From Eledone cirrhosa (lineage: Eukaryota), in contig OZ024754.1 of NCBI GenBank assembly GCA_964016885.1, forward strand, positions 32,736,001-32,800,000: a stretch of 64,000 nt of DNA, written 5' to 3'. The translations under genes and the position numbers were made by a program. Shown here in pieces: positions 42,871-55,154 of the stretch. The notes beneath the pieces were generated by a model. That model ran no database searches. It was given only the letters and a program-made list of their open reading frames with translations, and was not told the DNA's origin. Each line of letters starts with the position of its first letter. Positions within the stretch are counted from its first letter, which is position 1.

Positions 42871-43473
42871 TTAGGAATATACCATTGAATATATGGGTCG
42901 AAACTATAAAAGGAATATTGTACAACGGTGGGATTTGAACTCAGAGAGCCGGAACAAATATTCGACCCTCTAACGATTCTGACAAATTGATCGACAATAT
43001 ACAAAAATAAATATATTTCTCTACACACATAACAATATATAATATTACCATTATTGTGAAATGATTTTTTATGTCTCTCTAAATATTATTTCTTATTAAT
43101 TGTGTACTAGCAACTAGCAACTAATAAATATCATGTTTAGATCTCATATTGCAGCATAAAGGAATGTCTCTTGGCAAAACTTATATTCGATATTCAATAT
43201 CTTCTTTGTTTCTTTTATTCGTGTCTATAACACATACGCAATTATTGGCAATACTTGTGACCAACGTTCTCTGACGCAACTGCTTAAATAAATATTGTGT
43301 CAGTTTACCAAACGTTCACATAGAAGGTTTTCTCTGATAGTTGGCAGTGAAGTGTGGCCTTGTCCTCAGTCTCTTCTTTTTCCATCACTTACACTACTGA
43401 GTTACATCATATGTAACAAGATAATACGTGGCACACCGCTGCCATTTACAGAACCACTAAGTATTTAAATAAT

Positions 43474-43657
43474 TGTTTCTACTTTAGGCACAAGGCCAGC
43501 AATTACCCAGTGCATTACTGGTACTTTATTTTATCGACCCCGTAAGGATGAAAGGCAAAGTCAACCTCGGCGGGATTTGAACTCAGATCGTAAAGGGACG
43601 TAACTATGCTGGAAAGCATGGCATCCGACCCTCTACTGATACTGCCAATCCACCGCC
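43474..43657 (-). mobile_element. Young family A SINE with 14-bp TSD
   Basis: TSD AGTATTTAAATAAT at 43460-43473 and 43658-43671. Confidence 0.92.
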
Positions 43658-44088
43658 AGTATTTAAATAATGGTTTGTAAGATGATTAGACTTGACTTAA
43701 GATCTATTCTGACTAAAACCAGCGACCAGAACTGGCTTTTGAATATCTATCGCTTTAGATTAACTAATATATGATTTATTCCATTATATATCTTTTATAT
43801 TCTATAGTGTTGATTTGTTACACTTTCATGCGCCTGTCTCCTGTATTTCTCGTATAATATCTATCTATCTATCTATCTATCTATCTTGATAGAGTAAGAC
43901 ACGCTTCGCATCGGCTCCGCTATTCCATCGGGATTTACCCTTACTATTGTAAGTACCGGATAAAATTTTTAGTGCAACACATTTGGAACACTAACCCCTG
44001 TTATTTAGGGAAACATTTTTGCATTTACCCCCTTTTTAGGGGGTAAAATAAATATCTATTTTTGCCGAAAAATTTCTTTCTTGGCAGC

Positions 44089-45924
44089 ATGGCGGAAAAG
44101 ATGGCAGACATGTCTGCCATTAGCTCTGCCACGCCCCCCAAGTCTGAAGAACAAAAAATAATTACAACAAAATTAGACATTGAAACAAACAAACAAAATG
44201 AAAAAACAAATGTTAAGGAAAATGAGCAAACAGAAAACAAACAAACAGAAAATAATACAAATAACGACAGGGCAACTTTCGCCCAGAAAACAAAGCAATC
44301 CATTACATACACACCAATTGACCTAACTGCCGCCAGAGAAAAACTGGCCGAAGCAAAGAAACATATTATTTTGGGAGAGAACGGAATGTTTTCCATTAAC
44401 TCCCCCCCAGAATTCAAGAAAGCCAGAGAAGAAAACACAGTTATATACAGAACTATACTAAACCAGTCAAGAAAGCCAGCACAGCCCAGCCAAATGGAAA
44501 TAGAGTTAGTCCTAAAAGACTATATGAAGAATATTCTCTTCATACGAAAGGACCGACTCTATGGCAGCATTTCGGTCCTAACAAGAGACAAAGAAACGGA
44601 GGTTCAGCTTTCCCTAAGCCCACTCTCGTCGACAACATATAGCTTCTATCCCTCCTACATGGGTAGAAGAACACAGAGGGTAAAAGTAAAAACAATGCTG
44701 CCCACAATGGACTTCTGGTGGGCTATTGCTGGCTTCATTGATATGGGCGAAGACACTATGCTGTCAATGGGGAAGGCAACTGGAGATGCGTTCCTGGGAA
44801 TGGGCCTCGACATACTAGTCCAAATGAGGCCCGAAAGAATAGCACAAATCCCGGATCGCATCTGGCTGGATGACCTTACCCCAATAGACATAATTGTAGA
44901 GGGGAGAAGACCAGCATGCTATTTATGCATGGAAAGGGGACACGTTAAGGCTAACTGCCCGAAACGTATCCCCCAAAAAGGACTATTGCCCACACCCACC
45001 ACAAACAGTACACCAGCACCACCCACCTCCAAAAATACACTAATACCACACACAGTAAACAAAATACAGACACCACCAACCACAAACACAACACAAACAT
45101 CACCACCACCAGCACCAAACACAAGCACGACACAAAAATCACCACCACCAACCACAACACAAACATCACCACCACCATTACCAACCACAAGCACGACACA
45201 AACATTACCACCACCACCACCACAAAACCCATTCCAAACAAATAATAAAAAAAACAGTAACAAATCTACCCCTCCCGCAAAAAAAAAACAACCACACAAC
45301 ACGTCCCTCCCACCTAGCGCTGAAGAGTTTCCCCCAACTTCTGAAGAAGAAGGAGGAGAAGCCTTCAGACAAGTTAAAAGAAAAAAAAGAAAACACACAC
45401 CCAGCACACCACAAATAACCCACACACAAACACCAACTCCAATCAAAAACACCCCACCCTCAACAAACAAAAATAAATCTGCGCCTCCCCTCTCCGAAAC
45501 ATTGACAGCATCACAAAAAAAGACGTTGCAATACACATATATAAATAAAGAAAACAAAAAACTGGTTAAATTAATAAACAATAACCCTATGGTGCAGACC
45601 GAAGGGCCAAACTTTATCTCAACAGAGAACTTCACCCATTTAAAAATGATAAAGGTCCCTCTGGACCTTTATCGTTCCTTAAAAGAACAATTTAGACGGG
45701 ACGTGAGCCCCCCCTGTTTAAAACCGTTGAATCGCGTCCTCTTGAAAGATTTCCCCATAACCGCCCCTCTCCCTAACACAACTCCAAATACCCCAACCCC
45801 ACCACACACGTGTACCCCCACACCACCACAAAACATCCCTCCACCCAACACACCTGATGCCATGGAAATTACGCAACCCGGAGAGGTAAGTGCTTTTCTT
45901 TCTTCACTTTCAACACCAAAATAG
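44089..45924 (+). CDS. LINE ORF1 protein (CCHC zinc knuckle, Pro/Thr-rich region)
   Basis: First ATG at 44089; VEGRRPACYLCMERGHVKANC is CX2CX4HX4C; basic stretch KRKKRK. Confidence 0.85.
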   Translation: MAEKMADMSAISSATPPKSEEQKIITTKLDIETNKQNEKTNVKENEQTENKQTENNTNNDRATFAQKTKQSITYTPIDLTAAREKLAEAKKHIILGENGMFSINSPPEFKKAREENTVIYRTILNQSRKPAQPSQMEIELVLKDYMKNILFIRKDRLYGSISVLTRDKETEVQLSLSPLSSTTYSFYPSYMGRRTQRVKVKTMLPTMDFWWAIAGFIDMGEDTMLSMGKATGDAFLGMGLDILVQMRPERIAQIPDRIWLDDLTPIDIIVEGRRPACYLCMERGHVKANCPKRIPQKGLLPTPTTNSTPAPPTSKNTLIPHTVNKIQTPPTTNTTQTSPPPAPNTSTTQKSPPPTTTQTSPPPLPTTSTTQTLPPPPPQNPFQTNNKKNSNKSTPPAKKKQPHNTSLPPSAEEFPPTSEEEGGEAFRQVKRKKRKHTPSTPQITHTQTPTPIKNTPPSTNKNKSAPPLSETLTASQKKTLQYTYINKENKKLVKLINNNPMVQTEGPNFISTENFTHLKMIKVPLDLYRSLKEQFRRDVSPPCLKPLNRVLLKDFPITAPLPNTTPNTPTPPHTCTPTPPQNIPPPNTPDAMEITQPGEVSAFLSSLSTPK

Positions 45925-45929
45925 ATCAA

Positions 45930-48900
45930 TTGAGAGTTGGCTGTTTGAACGCGCGTGGCCTGAGCTCAGCTTGGAAGCAAGCAAAGCTTCTAAGTGACCT
46001 CAGGTCACAAAGTATAGATGTGATGGTTGTTTGCGAGAGTCGGATCAGCAGCGTGAGACAGCTGGCGCCCGCCTTCGATGACTTTGAGATGCACGCATCT
46101 CTCTGTCAACCCGGAGGCGGGGGGGGAGTTGCCGTACTGCTGGATAAACGTCTGACTCTCGACGTACAGATTGTTCACTCGGACCCGGGGGGTCGATTAC
46201 TGGTGCTGGACGTCGGAGGTGGTGAAGGCGGGGCTTTCAGACTGGTCGGTCTTTATGCTCCCTTCGGGGCGGAGAGAGCCGACTTCTTCCAACGTCTGGA
46301 GACTTTTCTAGGAACGTCGCGTTCCCTGCTTTTAGTGGGGGACTGGAATGGAATCCTAGATGCGCGTTGGGACTATGCAGGGGCATGTCCCGATAGAGGG
46401 GGGTGTAGCAGCCTCAAGGGGTTACTCGATCGATTCGACCTGGTCGATAGATTTCGACTAGATTGTCCAACTGCGCCAACCTGGACCTGGGCAAACCGCA
46501 GTGGACAATCTAGATCGTACCTAGATAGGTTTTTGGTTAGGAGTAAGGATAGGGACGTATTTAGTTGTCCAGAACTGATCATGGTTGGCTATTCAGATCA
46601 CAAATTAGTGACCTGCGTGGTCAACCTTGATAGAACGCATAGACAGGGTCCCGGTTACTGGAAGATGAACTTGTCCTTACCGACAAAGAAAGATTACAGA
46701 AACCGGATTAGTAGCTTAGTTAAGATGCGGTTGACGGGAGCGATCGTCAACAGTAGGTGGTGGATATCTCTAAAGAGAGAGATTAGAGTAAGTTCGATAG
46801 GTTACAGTAAGGAACTAGCGGCGAATAGAAATAGGAGGGAAAGGGAGTTAACAGATAAACTAGAAGAGGCGATTAGGAGCGGAGACGTAGCCAGAGTGTT
46901 AGCGACGAGAACGGCATTGAGCCAGTTCTTTGACGCGAAGCACGAAGGCTGCGTTGTCCGAAGTAAAATACGTGCTTTAGGAAACGAGGGGACCAAAGCT
47001 GTTAGCTGGGCCCGCGTGACAGAAGCCAAGAGTGGGATTAAATCCACCATTCGGTCTTTGCGAGACCAGGATGGACGGGTGATCCTTGAACCTGAGCGAA
47101 TGTGCGAGACCTTTCAAAGGCACTTTGCTCGACTGTTCGGAGGTGGCGGGGGGCCGGACGGGGATGTGGACTTCGGTCCATACCTCGACGGTCTACCGCG
47201 TCTTTCGAGCGGCGAAGCGGAGTGCTGCGAAGGGCCAATCACAGCCACTGAAATCGGGGAAGCGCTCAGCCAATGCAGCAGACGCAAATCCCCGGGTCTC
47301 GATGGTCTACCATACGAACTTTATTTAGCTATGCCGGTCTTGTTCTCCGAACTCCTCGAGGCTGTCTATTGCAACTGGCAACAGAACGGGAGAATTCCCT
47401 GTTCTGTGACCAAGGGCGTGGTCACGCTAGTGAGGAAGGACGAGAGCAAGGGGGACGACTTAAGTAACTTTAGGCCCATAACTCTGCTGAATGCAGAGTT
47501 ACAGATTTTGGCCAAGGTGTTGGCGAAGAGGTTGGCGCTTGTGGTGGGTGGTTTGGTGGGAGACGCGCAGACATGCGCTATCCCGTCCAGGTCCATTCAC
47601 GACAACCTCCACCTCATGCGATACATCATAGAGAGGGTTGGCTACGAACCCGGCTTTGGTGGGGCCCTGATCAACTTGGATCAATCTAAGGCGTTCGATA
47701 GGGTCGACCATGGTTACCTGGATGCGGTGCTAGCGGCGGCGGGCTTCGGACCCGTTTTCAGGGGCTGGATTTCTGCCATGCACAGTGGCAACATCTACTC
47801 TAGGATTAAAGTAAACGGCTACCTCTCGGAGCCGTTTCAAATCACCCGATCCATCAGACAGGGGTGCCCCCTCTCCTCCCTTCTGTACGTATTGACTCTC
47901 GAGCCACTGCTGCGGAAGTTGGAGTTGCTGCGGGGCATACCCCTGGAACCGGGATTGCACAAAGCGGTCTCGGCCTATGCCGACGACGTAACAGTAATGG
48001 TGGCGGACGCCTCGGAAATCGGGGCGATCGCCACCCTACTGGAGGAATACGAAAGGCTGACGGGGGCTAAGCTGAACCAGGACAAGTCAGTCGGTTTGCA
48101 ACTCGGAACGTGGAGGGGCAAACCGATGCCGTTAGACGGTGTCGTCGGGCGGTGGACGGAGGGCCCGGTGAAGCTGCTCGGGGTCTGGTTCGGACCGGAC
48201 CTCCAGGTGGAGAAGAATTGGGGCGAGGTGACGAGCAGGGTGTTTGCGCTGACCCAGAAGTGGGCCAAGTGCAAACTATCACTGAAAGGTCGGGCGGAGG
48301 TGACGAACGCTTACATAGCGTCCGTCATCTACTACCGCCTGACCGTCGTGCCTTGCCCCAAGGAAAAGCTCACCATCATGGAACGCATGCTCTTCCAGTT
48401 CCTCTGGAAGAAGCGGCCTCCCATGGTGAGGAGATCCATCTGCTGCCAGCACCCTTCGAAAGGAGGGCTGGGTATGCCGTGGCTGTTGATGCGTAGGCAC
48501 GCATTGAGGCTACGGCATCTACAGGTATTCCTCAACGGTCAGCCGGTGTGGGCCCCGTTTGTGAGGCGAGCCTTCCCACAGCTCGTCTCGCTCACCGAAC
48601 TGCAATCCTGGGTGAAGCAAAGACCGAGAAAACTGGGCAACTGGCACACTGAGTGTGCCCAGGCGCTCACGGCTATCTGGCAAGCGAACCCGACTGTCAG
48701 TGGAGAATCCACCTCAACATTCTATAGAGGGTTGGTGGCTAGCAGGGGCGACGACACCCTTGGAGAGTCGCTAGGCATGGAGGAGGACGAACTGGCCAGC
48801 CTGTTCGGTAGAACTTTCGGCCCGGGACCCATGGACAACTTCCAGAGGTCCCTAGCCTGGCAGTGTTACCGGGGGGCTCTGCCCGTTCGAGAAAAGCTCT

Positions 48901-49358
48901 ACAGACACGGGCGCCCGGGCAGGGATCCCGCGAAAAAGATCTGTCCCAGATGCGTGCGCGACGAGGAAACCGTTGCGCATGCACTGGTACACTGCCCGGG
49001 CGTTGCCGATCTGTGGGGCTACGTCGAACGACTGCTGTCGCGTGTGGCGCCGATTCGATTAACCGCCGAGTCTGTGGTGAACATCAAGCCGCCTCCTCCC
49101 TTCAGAAATGAAGCAGAGGCGGTCTTTCTGTGCGTAATAGCCATGATTAAAGAGGTTGTGTGGTGGACGCGCCTGAAAGGTCTGAGGTCGGGTGACTTTC
49201 TCTCCGGCCATCACCTGGTTTACTTCTTCCGATACCACTTCGGAAGAAGAATCAGGATGGAGAGAGAAGTGCTTGGTCCCAGACAGTTTTATGAAAGGTG
49301 GGTGAAAGAAGCGAGAATGGCCCGTGTAAATGGGCCTTCTCTCTACATTGTTCTGTAG
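45930..49358 (+). CDS. LINE ORF2: APE endonuclease, reverse transcriptase and C-terminal Zn finger; start uncertain (TTG)
   Basis: LNARG, CES, YAP, GDWN, YLDRF, SDH; KSPGLDG, FRPITLLN, LDQSKAFDRV, RQGCPLS, YADD; CPRC-X8-HALVHC. Confidence 0.95.
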   Translation: MRVGCLNARGLSSAWKQAKLLSDLRSQSIDVMVVCESRISSVRQLAPAFDDFEMHASLCQPGGGGGVAVLLDKRLTLDVQIVHSDPGGRLLVLDVGGGEGGAFRLVGLYAPFGAERADFFQRLETFLGTSRSLLLVGDWNGILDARWDYAGACPDRGGCSSLKGLLDRFDLVDRFRLDCPTAPTWTWANRSGQSRSYLDRFLVRSKDRDVFSCPELIMVGYSDHKLVTCVVNLDRTHRQGPGYWKMNLSLPTKKDYRNRISSLVKMRLTGAIVNSRWWISLKREIRVSSIGYSKELAANRNRRERELTDKLEEAIRSGDVARVLATRTALSQFFDAKHEGCVVRSKIRALGNEGTKAVSWARVTEAKSGIKSTIRSLRDQDGRVILEPERMCETFQRHFARLFGGGGGPDGDVDFGPYLDGLPRLSSGEAECCEGPITATEIGEALSQCSRRKSPGLDGLPYELYLAMPVLFSELLEAVYCNWQQNGRIPCSVTKGVVTLVRKDESKGDDLSNFRPITLLNAELQILAKVLAKRLALVVGGLVGDAQTCAIPSRSIHDNLHLMRYIIERVGYEPGFGGALINLDQSKAFDRVDHGYLDAVLAAAGFGPVFRGWISAMHSGNIYSRIKVNGYLSEPFQITRSIRQGCPLSSLLYVLTLEPLLRKLELLRGIPLEPGLHKAVSAYADDVTVMVADASEIGAIATLLEEYERLTGAKLNQDKSVGLQLGTWRGKPMPLDGVVGRWTEGPVKLLGVWFGPDLQVEKNWGEVTSRVFALTQKWAKCKLSLKGRAEVTNAYIASVIYYRLTVVPCPKEKLTIMERMLFQFLWKKRPPMVRRSICCQHPSKGGLGMPWLLMRRHALRLRHLQVFLNGQPVWAPFVRRAFPQLVSLTELQSWVKQRPRKLGNWHTECAQALTAIWQANPTVSGESTSTFYRGLVASRGDDTLGESLGMEEDELASLFGRTFGPGPMDNFQRSLAWQCYRGALPVREKLYRHGRPGRDPAKKICPRCVRDEETVAHALVHCPGVADLWGYVERLLSRVAPIRLTAESVVNIKPPPPFRNEAEAVFLCVIAMIKEVVWWTRLKGLRSGDFLSGHHLVYFFRYHFGRRIRMEREVLGPRQFYERWVKEARMARVNGPSLYIVL

Positions 49359-49589
49359 GTGAAGAAGTGAAGAGGAAAGGGGGAGCGCCTCCTCTCTGGG
49401 CTTCCCCCGCGAAAAGAATTGCACACTTTTCGGGGGTATGTGCAATCCCCAACACGCCCCCTCCCTTTTGAGGACTTTTTATTGTTATATTATTATTGTT
49501 ATTCCTTTTTTCTTTACTCGATTCATGTAAACTCCCCCACTGTGTAAATGTCCCCTTCTTTTGTGCCCTCGTGGCAAATAAATAGAAAT

Positions 49590-49638
<49 letters not shown>

Positions 49639-49707
49639 GATCGATCTATTTGGTTATCTATTATCTATCTGTCTGTCCGTTTGTCTCTCTCTCTCTCACT
49701 CCCTGCC

Positions 49708-49847
49708 AGTTGACAGCGTGTTGGGGGCTTAACCTTGCGATGGACTGGAGTCCTATCCAGGGGGAATTCTTGTACTCTCAGTCACTTCACGCCATGAAAC
49801 CGGGATAAGCACCGGCAAAATGAGCCTTCTGGCTTAAGACAGACTTT

Positions 49848-49850
<3 letters not shown>
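49708..49850 (+). mobile_element. SINE 3' body fragment
   Basis: AACCTTGCGATGGACTGGAGTCCTATCCAGGGGG...GAAACCGGGATAAGC resembles a conserved body seen in many aquatic-animal SINEs (recalled, not searched). Confidence 0.5.
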
Positions 49851-49898
<48 letters not shown>

Positions 49899-50273
49899 AG
49901 GATTTGGGTCCCCGACGACTGAGGTCCTGCTGTTTCAACAGCAAATTATCTATTATCTATCTGCCTGTCCGTGTGTCTCTCTCTCACTCAATCTCTGCCA
50001 GTTGACTTAATTTATACATACAAAAAGTATATTGATAATGTAACTCAATAAAGAAAGCTCAATGAACATTAAGCTCTGAGCATAAATTATCCAAATTTAA
50101 ATGATATAGGAAACATATCCACTAGGTTTATCTTTCATTTATATATAGTACGACAAATAATAAATGTACTCAGTCAATAAAAATATGGGAAAAATGTTGT
50201 GTATATCGTTTAAATCCGTATAATATATATGTGCATGTGTGTATGTGTGTGTATCTGGGCATGTGTGCGTATA

Positions 50274-50337
<64 letters not shown>

Positions 50338-50585
50338 ACAGGGAGAGAAAGACGATTATTAGGAAGAAAAATATATTTTTTTCCCTTTTTGTTTCTTTCT
50401 CTCTTTTTTTTCTGGGTTAGAAAATGATTAAAACGAAATGTTTTACTTTGTGTGAAGTGTTAAGGTATTAGTTGATTTATTTATTAATTAACAATGGCAT
50501 TTATTTATCTATTTATATATTTAATAATTGTCTATTACCGGTTTCAGCATTTTTATGCATTATCAAATGATAGTGATATGTATTG

Positions 50586-50639
<54 letters not shown>

Positions 50640-50677
50640 TAACTCGTGTGCTTCCTCTCCACATTTTATTATTATTA

Positions 50678-50729
<52 letters not shown>

Positions 50730-50750
50730 GTTTCTACTTTAGGCACAAAT

Positions 50751-50891
50751 ATAATGAAGGAAGTGTGGTAAGGAACCAGATGGGCCATAACGCACCAGGG
50801 TACTCGATACTTTGGGTAGTAGAGTGGGTAATAGGAAAAGATTAAGGACTCCGACGGCAGAGCTCAAGCCGTTTCGACGGCTATTTCTGGA
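50751..50891. mobile_element. Family P, single arm
   Basis: Homologous to 41771-41900; ends in TA. Confidence 0.8.
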
Positions 50892-50978
50892 TATATATAT
50901 AATATGATAGTAGTAAATCGAAGTTTTAGCTGTTGTACAACAAGTACTATTCGATTTATTTGAAAACACTCACACATT

Positions 50979-51015
<37 letters not shown>

Positions 51016-51033
51016 ACACACACACACACACAG

Positions 51034-51089
<56 letters not shown>

Positions 51090-51964
51090 TCTTAATATAA
51101 TATAATATTGCGGCTCCTTTTGTTGAGCTAATTTTTAATCTCATATAAACGGCTGTTATTTCTAGCGCCGTGGGTATGGGGTAGCTAGTGAGCTGGAAAA
51201 CCTCGTGCGTTTGCGCTTGTGCACCAGACCTCCAAAAATATTTCGAGGTGAAACATCCTAATTTTTCTGGATACCTGTTGATGAACACAGAAAATTGGAA
51301 TCTTTCACTTTTTTTATACTATCGTTGCGAAACTTATTTGGGTTTTGAAATTCAAATTTGTCTGCGGAACAGGTTTGGATTTTGAAATTTAAATTTGTCC
51401 AGGTATCTCGGTTATTGCCAATATGGGTTTGTTTTTATTGATTTATTATTTTAAATCGAGACAGGCAAACTATATATATTTATTAGAATTAGTTTATTTC
51501 ATTCTAGCTAACTTCGTCTTTTACAATACAAACACCTATGTGTTTATCATATATTAATTTATATTAACTTGTATTTCACGGCTCAGAAATGCTTCTTTCT
51601 TTGAGCTACTTAATTGTAAAGGACTGTTTGAGTTTATAACTCTAAATATAATATAATATATATATATATATATATAGGTTAACATTTATTAATTCTTCAT
51701 AGAGCTTAAAAGTGACCAGTTGCAACATGTATATATCTATAACTTTATGTATATGTTAACCTTTATATTTAATAATCTCACAATAGGTTGAGATTAAATT
51801 TGGCGATATTTGGCTGCGCTTTCTAGCAGCAAGCCTACCCGCCGTAAGCAACGAATCACATCCTTTCTCTCTGGCTTGTCCACAGCCACATAGCGTATCT
51901 TAGCCATTTTTGAATCTATTTTTGGCGGGATCGGATTGAAAAACTAGATGTCTGATTTTGAGTT

Positions 51965-52042
51965 TGTCTCCTGATGAATCCTAACTCAGGACATTCCTAT
52001 TATTTGGATGTCTAAAATAAGGAAGAAACCATGGTAGAGATA
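51965..52042 (+). ncRNA. Type I hammerhead ribozyme with extended stem II; predicted cut after 52036
   Basis: UGUCUC CUGAUGA A UCCU-[..GACAUUC..GGAUGUC..]-AGGA A GAAA CCAUGG UA GAGAUA. Confidence 0.75.
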
Positions 52043-52509
52043 TAATTACGGTATGTGCGCATTTCTTCTAAGTTAAATTTTACACCTAATTGTGTATGGT
52101 TGATGGTATATTTAGTCAGTTTCTACATGCTGTCGAAATGTTGGATAAATACTCGATTGAGGCCGCCGCGAAGAGGCTACGTTCGGTTATTTGTCGGAGA
52201 TTTCCCCATAAGAGCATTTATTCTTATAGCTTGTTCTGATTGATTTTTTATATGGTTAGTTATGCAAATTAGAAGAAGAAATAGTATATATTTTATTATC
52301 TGATGATTCTAAAGACATGATTTATGATATATATATATCTATATATATATCATTGTACGCACGTGTGTGTTTTGTATAAAAAACACGACTGTATTCAAAT
52401 GTAATGTTTCATATTCCCCTACTAGTTTTTAGATAGGGTTTGTGAATGTCTTCAAATGTGTATACTTATAACAATATATATGAAATATATATAATGTATA
52501 TAAAATAAT

Positions 52510-52515
52510 TGTATG

Positions 52516-52546
<31 letters not shown>

Positions 52547-52609
52547 TGTGCGTATAAGTGTTTGTCTTTAAGTTTCAACACAATTTATATCTATCTATCT
52601 ATCTCTTTC

Positions 52610-52679
<70 letters not shown>

Positions 52680-52721
52680 ATGTGTGTATGTGTATTTTTC
52701 TTTAGGTTTCAACACAATGTA

Positions 52722-52752
<31 letters not shown>

Positions 52753-52765
52753 TTGTGTGTGTATG

Positions 52766-52807
<42 letters not shown>

Positions 52808-52814
52808 CATGCAC

Positions 52815-52848
<34 letters not shown>

Positions 52849-53094
52849 GTATGTCTGTGTATATATATGTATGTATATATATATATATATATAAATACAT
52901 TAATACATACATGTATACATACATATACATACATACACACACACATATATATATATATATATACACATATACATGTACATATATATATACATATATATAT
53001 ATGTATATATATATGTATGTCTGTGTATATATATGTATGTATATATATATATATATATATAAAAATACATTAATACATACATGTATACATACAT

Positions 53095-53189
<95 letters not shown>

Positions 53190-53698
53190 TACATGTATAT
53201 GTATATATATGTAGGTATATATATAAATATATATATGTATATAATATAAGAAACCTGTTTCCGTTCTAATCCAAAATGATACGAGTTATTTTATAGAAAA
53301 AGGAAAATGCCGAAGGCCAAATATCACGCTATATCATAGAGCTATGGAGTACCTCTCCACACAAGATCTTCTATACTCGTGGGACGGGATTGGGGAAGGT
53401 TTTTCATTGTTGTTGTTATTCTTGTTGCTGTTGGGCTACCTATTGCTTCAGTGTAATTGTTTTTTTTTGTGTGTTTCTTTGCCATTGTTTGTCATCTTTT
53501 CCTAAAAAAAAATCGTGCTCCATTTAAGCCAAATATTTATATATTTGTAACTGTTACAGCAAGCTCGTCTCAGTGAATTGTCATATTTATATGGCGGTAC
53601 CTGTGTGTATGCATGTGTTTTCCTGTCTACATGGATGTGTGGATACATGTGTATATAACTGTATTCCTCTACACACCTTTATTATGTTCTCTCCCCAC

Positions 53699-53770
<72 letters not shown>

Positions 53771-53847
53771 AAAAAAAGGCAAAGAATGACTTCACTTGTA
53801 GTGTTAAAAATTTTTGGATTTAATTTTATATTAAAATATTATGAGTT

Positions 53848-53882
<35 letters not shown>

Positions 53883-55087
53883 ACACACATATATAACCTC
53901 CCACTACATTGTTATAAACAAAAATACTATTGGGCAGCCATTCTTCTCTACGTATAAACATTTCTATCTTTTGATTGGTCTTACTACTGGATCACTATTA
54001 CCTCCATGACAAACGCCAACACCATCATCATCACCACCACCACAACCATCACAAACAACTCCGACACCACCGACACCGCAACGATCATCACCACCACCAC
54101 CACCACCACCACCATCATCATCACCATCATCACGACGACCACCACCATCACAAACACCAACACGACAACCATCATCACCACCATCACCACCACCACCACC
54201 ACCACCACCAGCCACCACCACAACCATCAACACCACAACCACCACCACCATCACGACCATCACGACCATCACTACCAACACCACAACCATCATCATCACC
54301 ACCACCATCACCATGAACACCATCACCATAGCTACTATCACCACCAACACCACAACCATCATCATCACCACCACCACCACCACCAACACCACCACCGCCA
54401 CCAACCACTACCACAACCATCAACACCACAACCACCACCGCCAACACCACAACCTTCATCACTACCATCACCACCACCACCATCACCAACAACACTACAA
54501 CCATCATCACCACCATCACCACCACTATCACCACCATCACCACCAACACCACAACCATCATCACCACCATCACCACCACCACCATCACCAACAACACTAC
54601 AACCATCATCGCCACCATCACCATCACCACCACCAACCACCACCACAACCATCATCACCACCACCACCATCACCAACAACACTACAACCATCATCACCAC
54701 CATCACCATCACCACCACCACCATCACCAACAACACTACAACCATCATCACCACCACCACCACCATCATCAACACAACCATCCATTATAGCTCCCACCAC
54801 CACCACCACCACCACTATACCACCCCCCACATCAACGGCACCCATACACACCACCTTCACTAAAGCCACCATCATTTCTTTTTACACCACATACATGCGT
54901 AAACACCCATATACATATATACACATACAGTGACATGCATGCACACACACATACTCACAACCTACCATCCATATGTATACCACACACATACACACATACT
55001 CAGAACCTGCGTATTCATATTTGCACCACACTCACACACATACACACATACACACACATACTCAACGCCGCGCAAACGTATTTGTAC

Positions 55088-55154
<67 letters not shown>

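Larger units (their letters stand above)
43887..49590 (+). mobile_element. Apparently full-length L1/Tx1-clade non-LTR retrotransposon inserted in (ATCT)n
   Basis: Two long uninterrupted ORFs; (ATCT)n directly on both sides (43859-43886 and 49591-49637); AATAAA at 49577 and no poly(A). Confidence 0.92.

Noticed and set aside
44025-49455. Antisense and alternative-frame ORFs within the LINE
   Set aside because: Expected shadows of long ORFs, with no recognisable motifs
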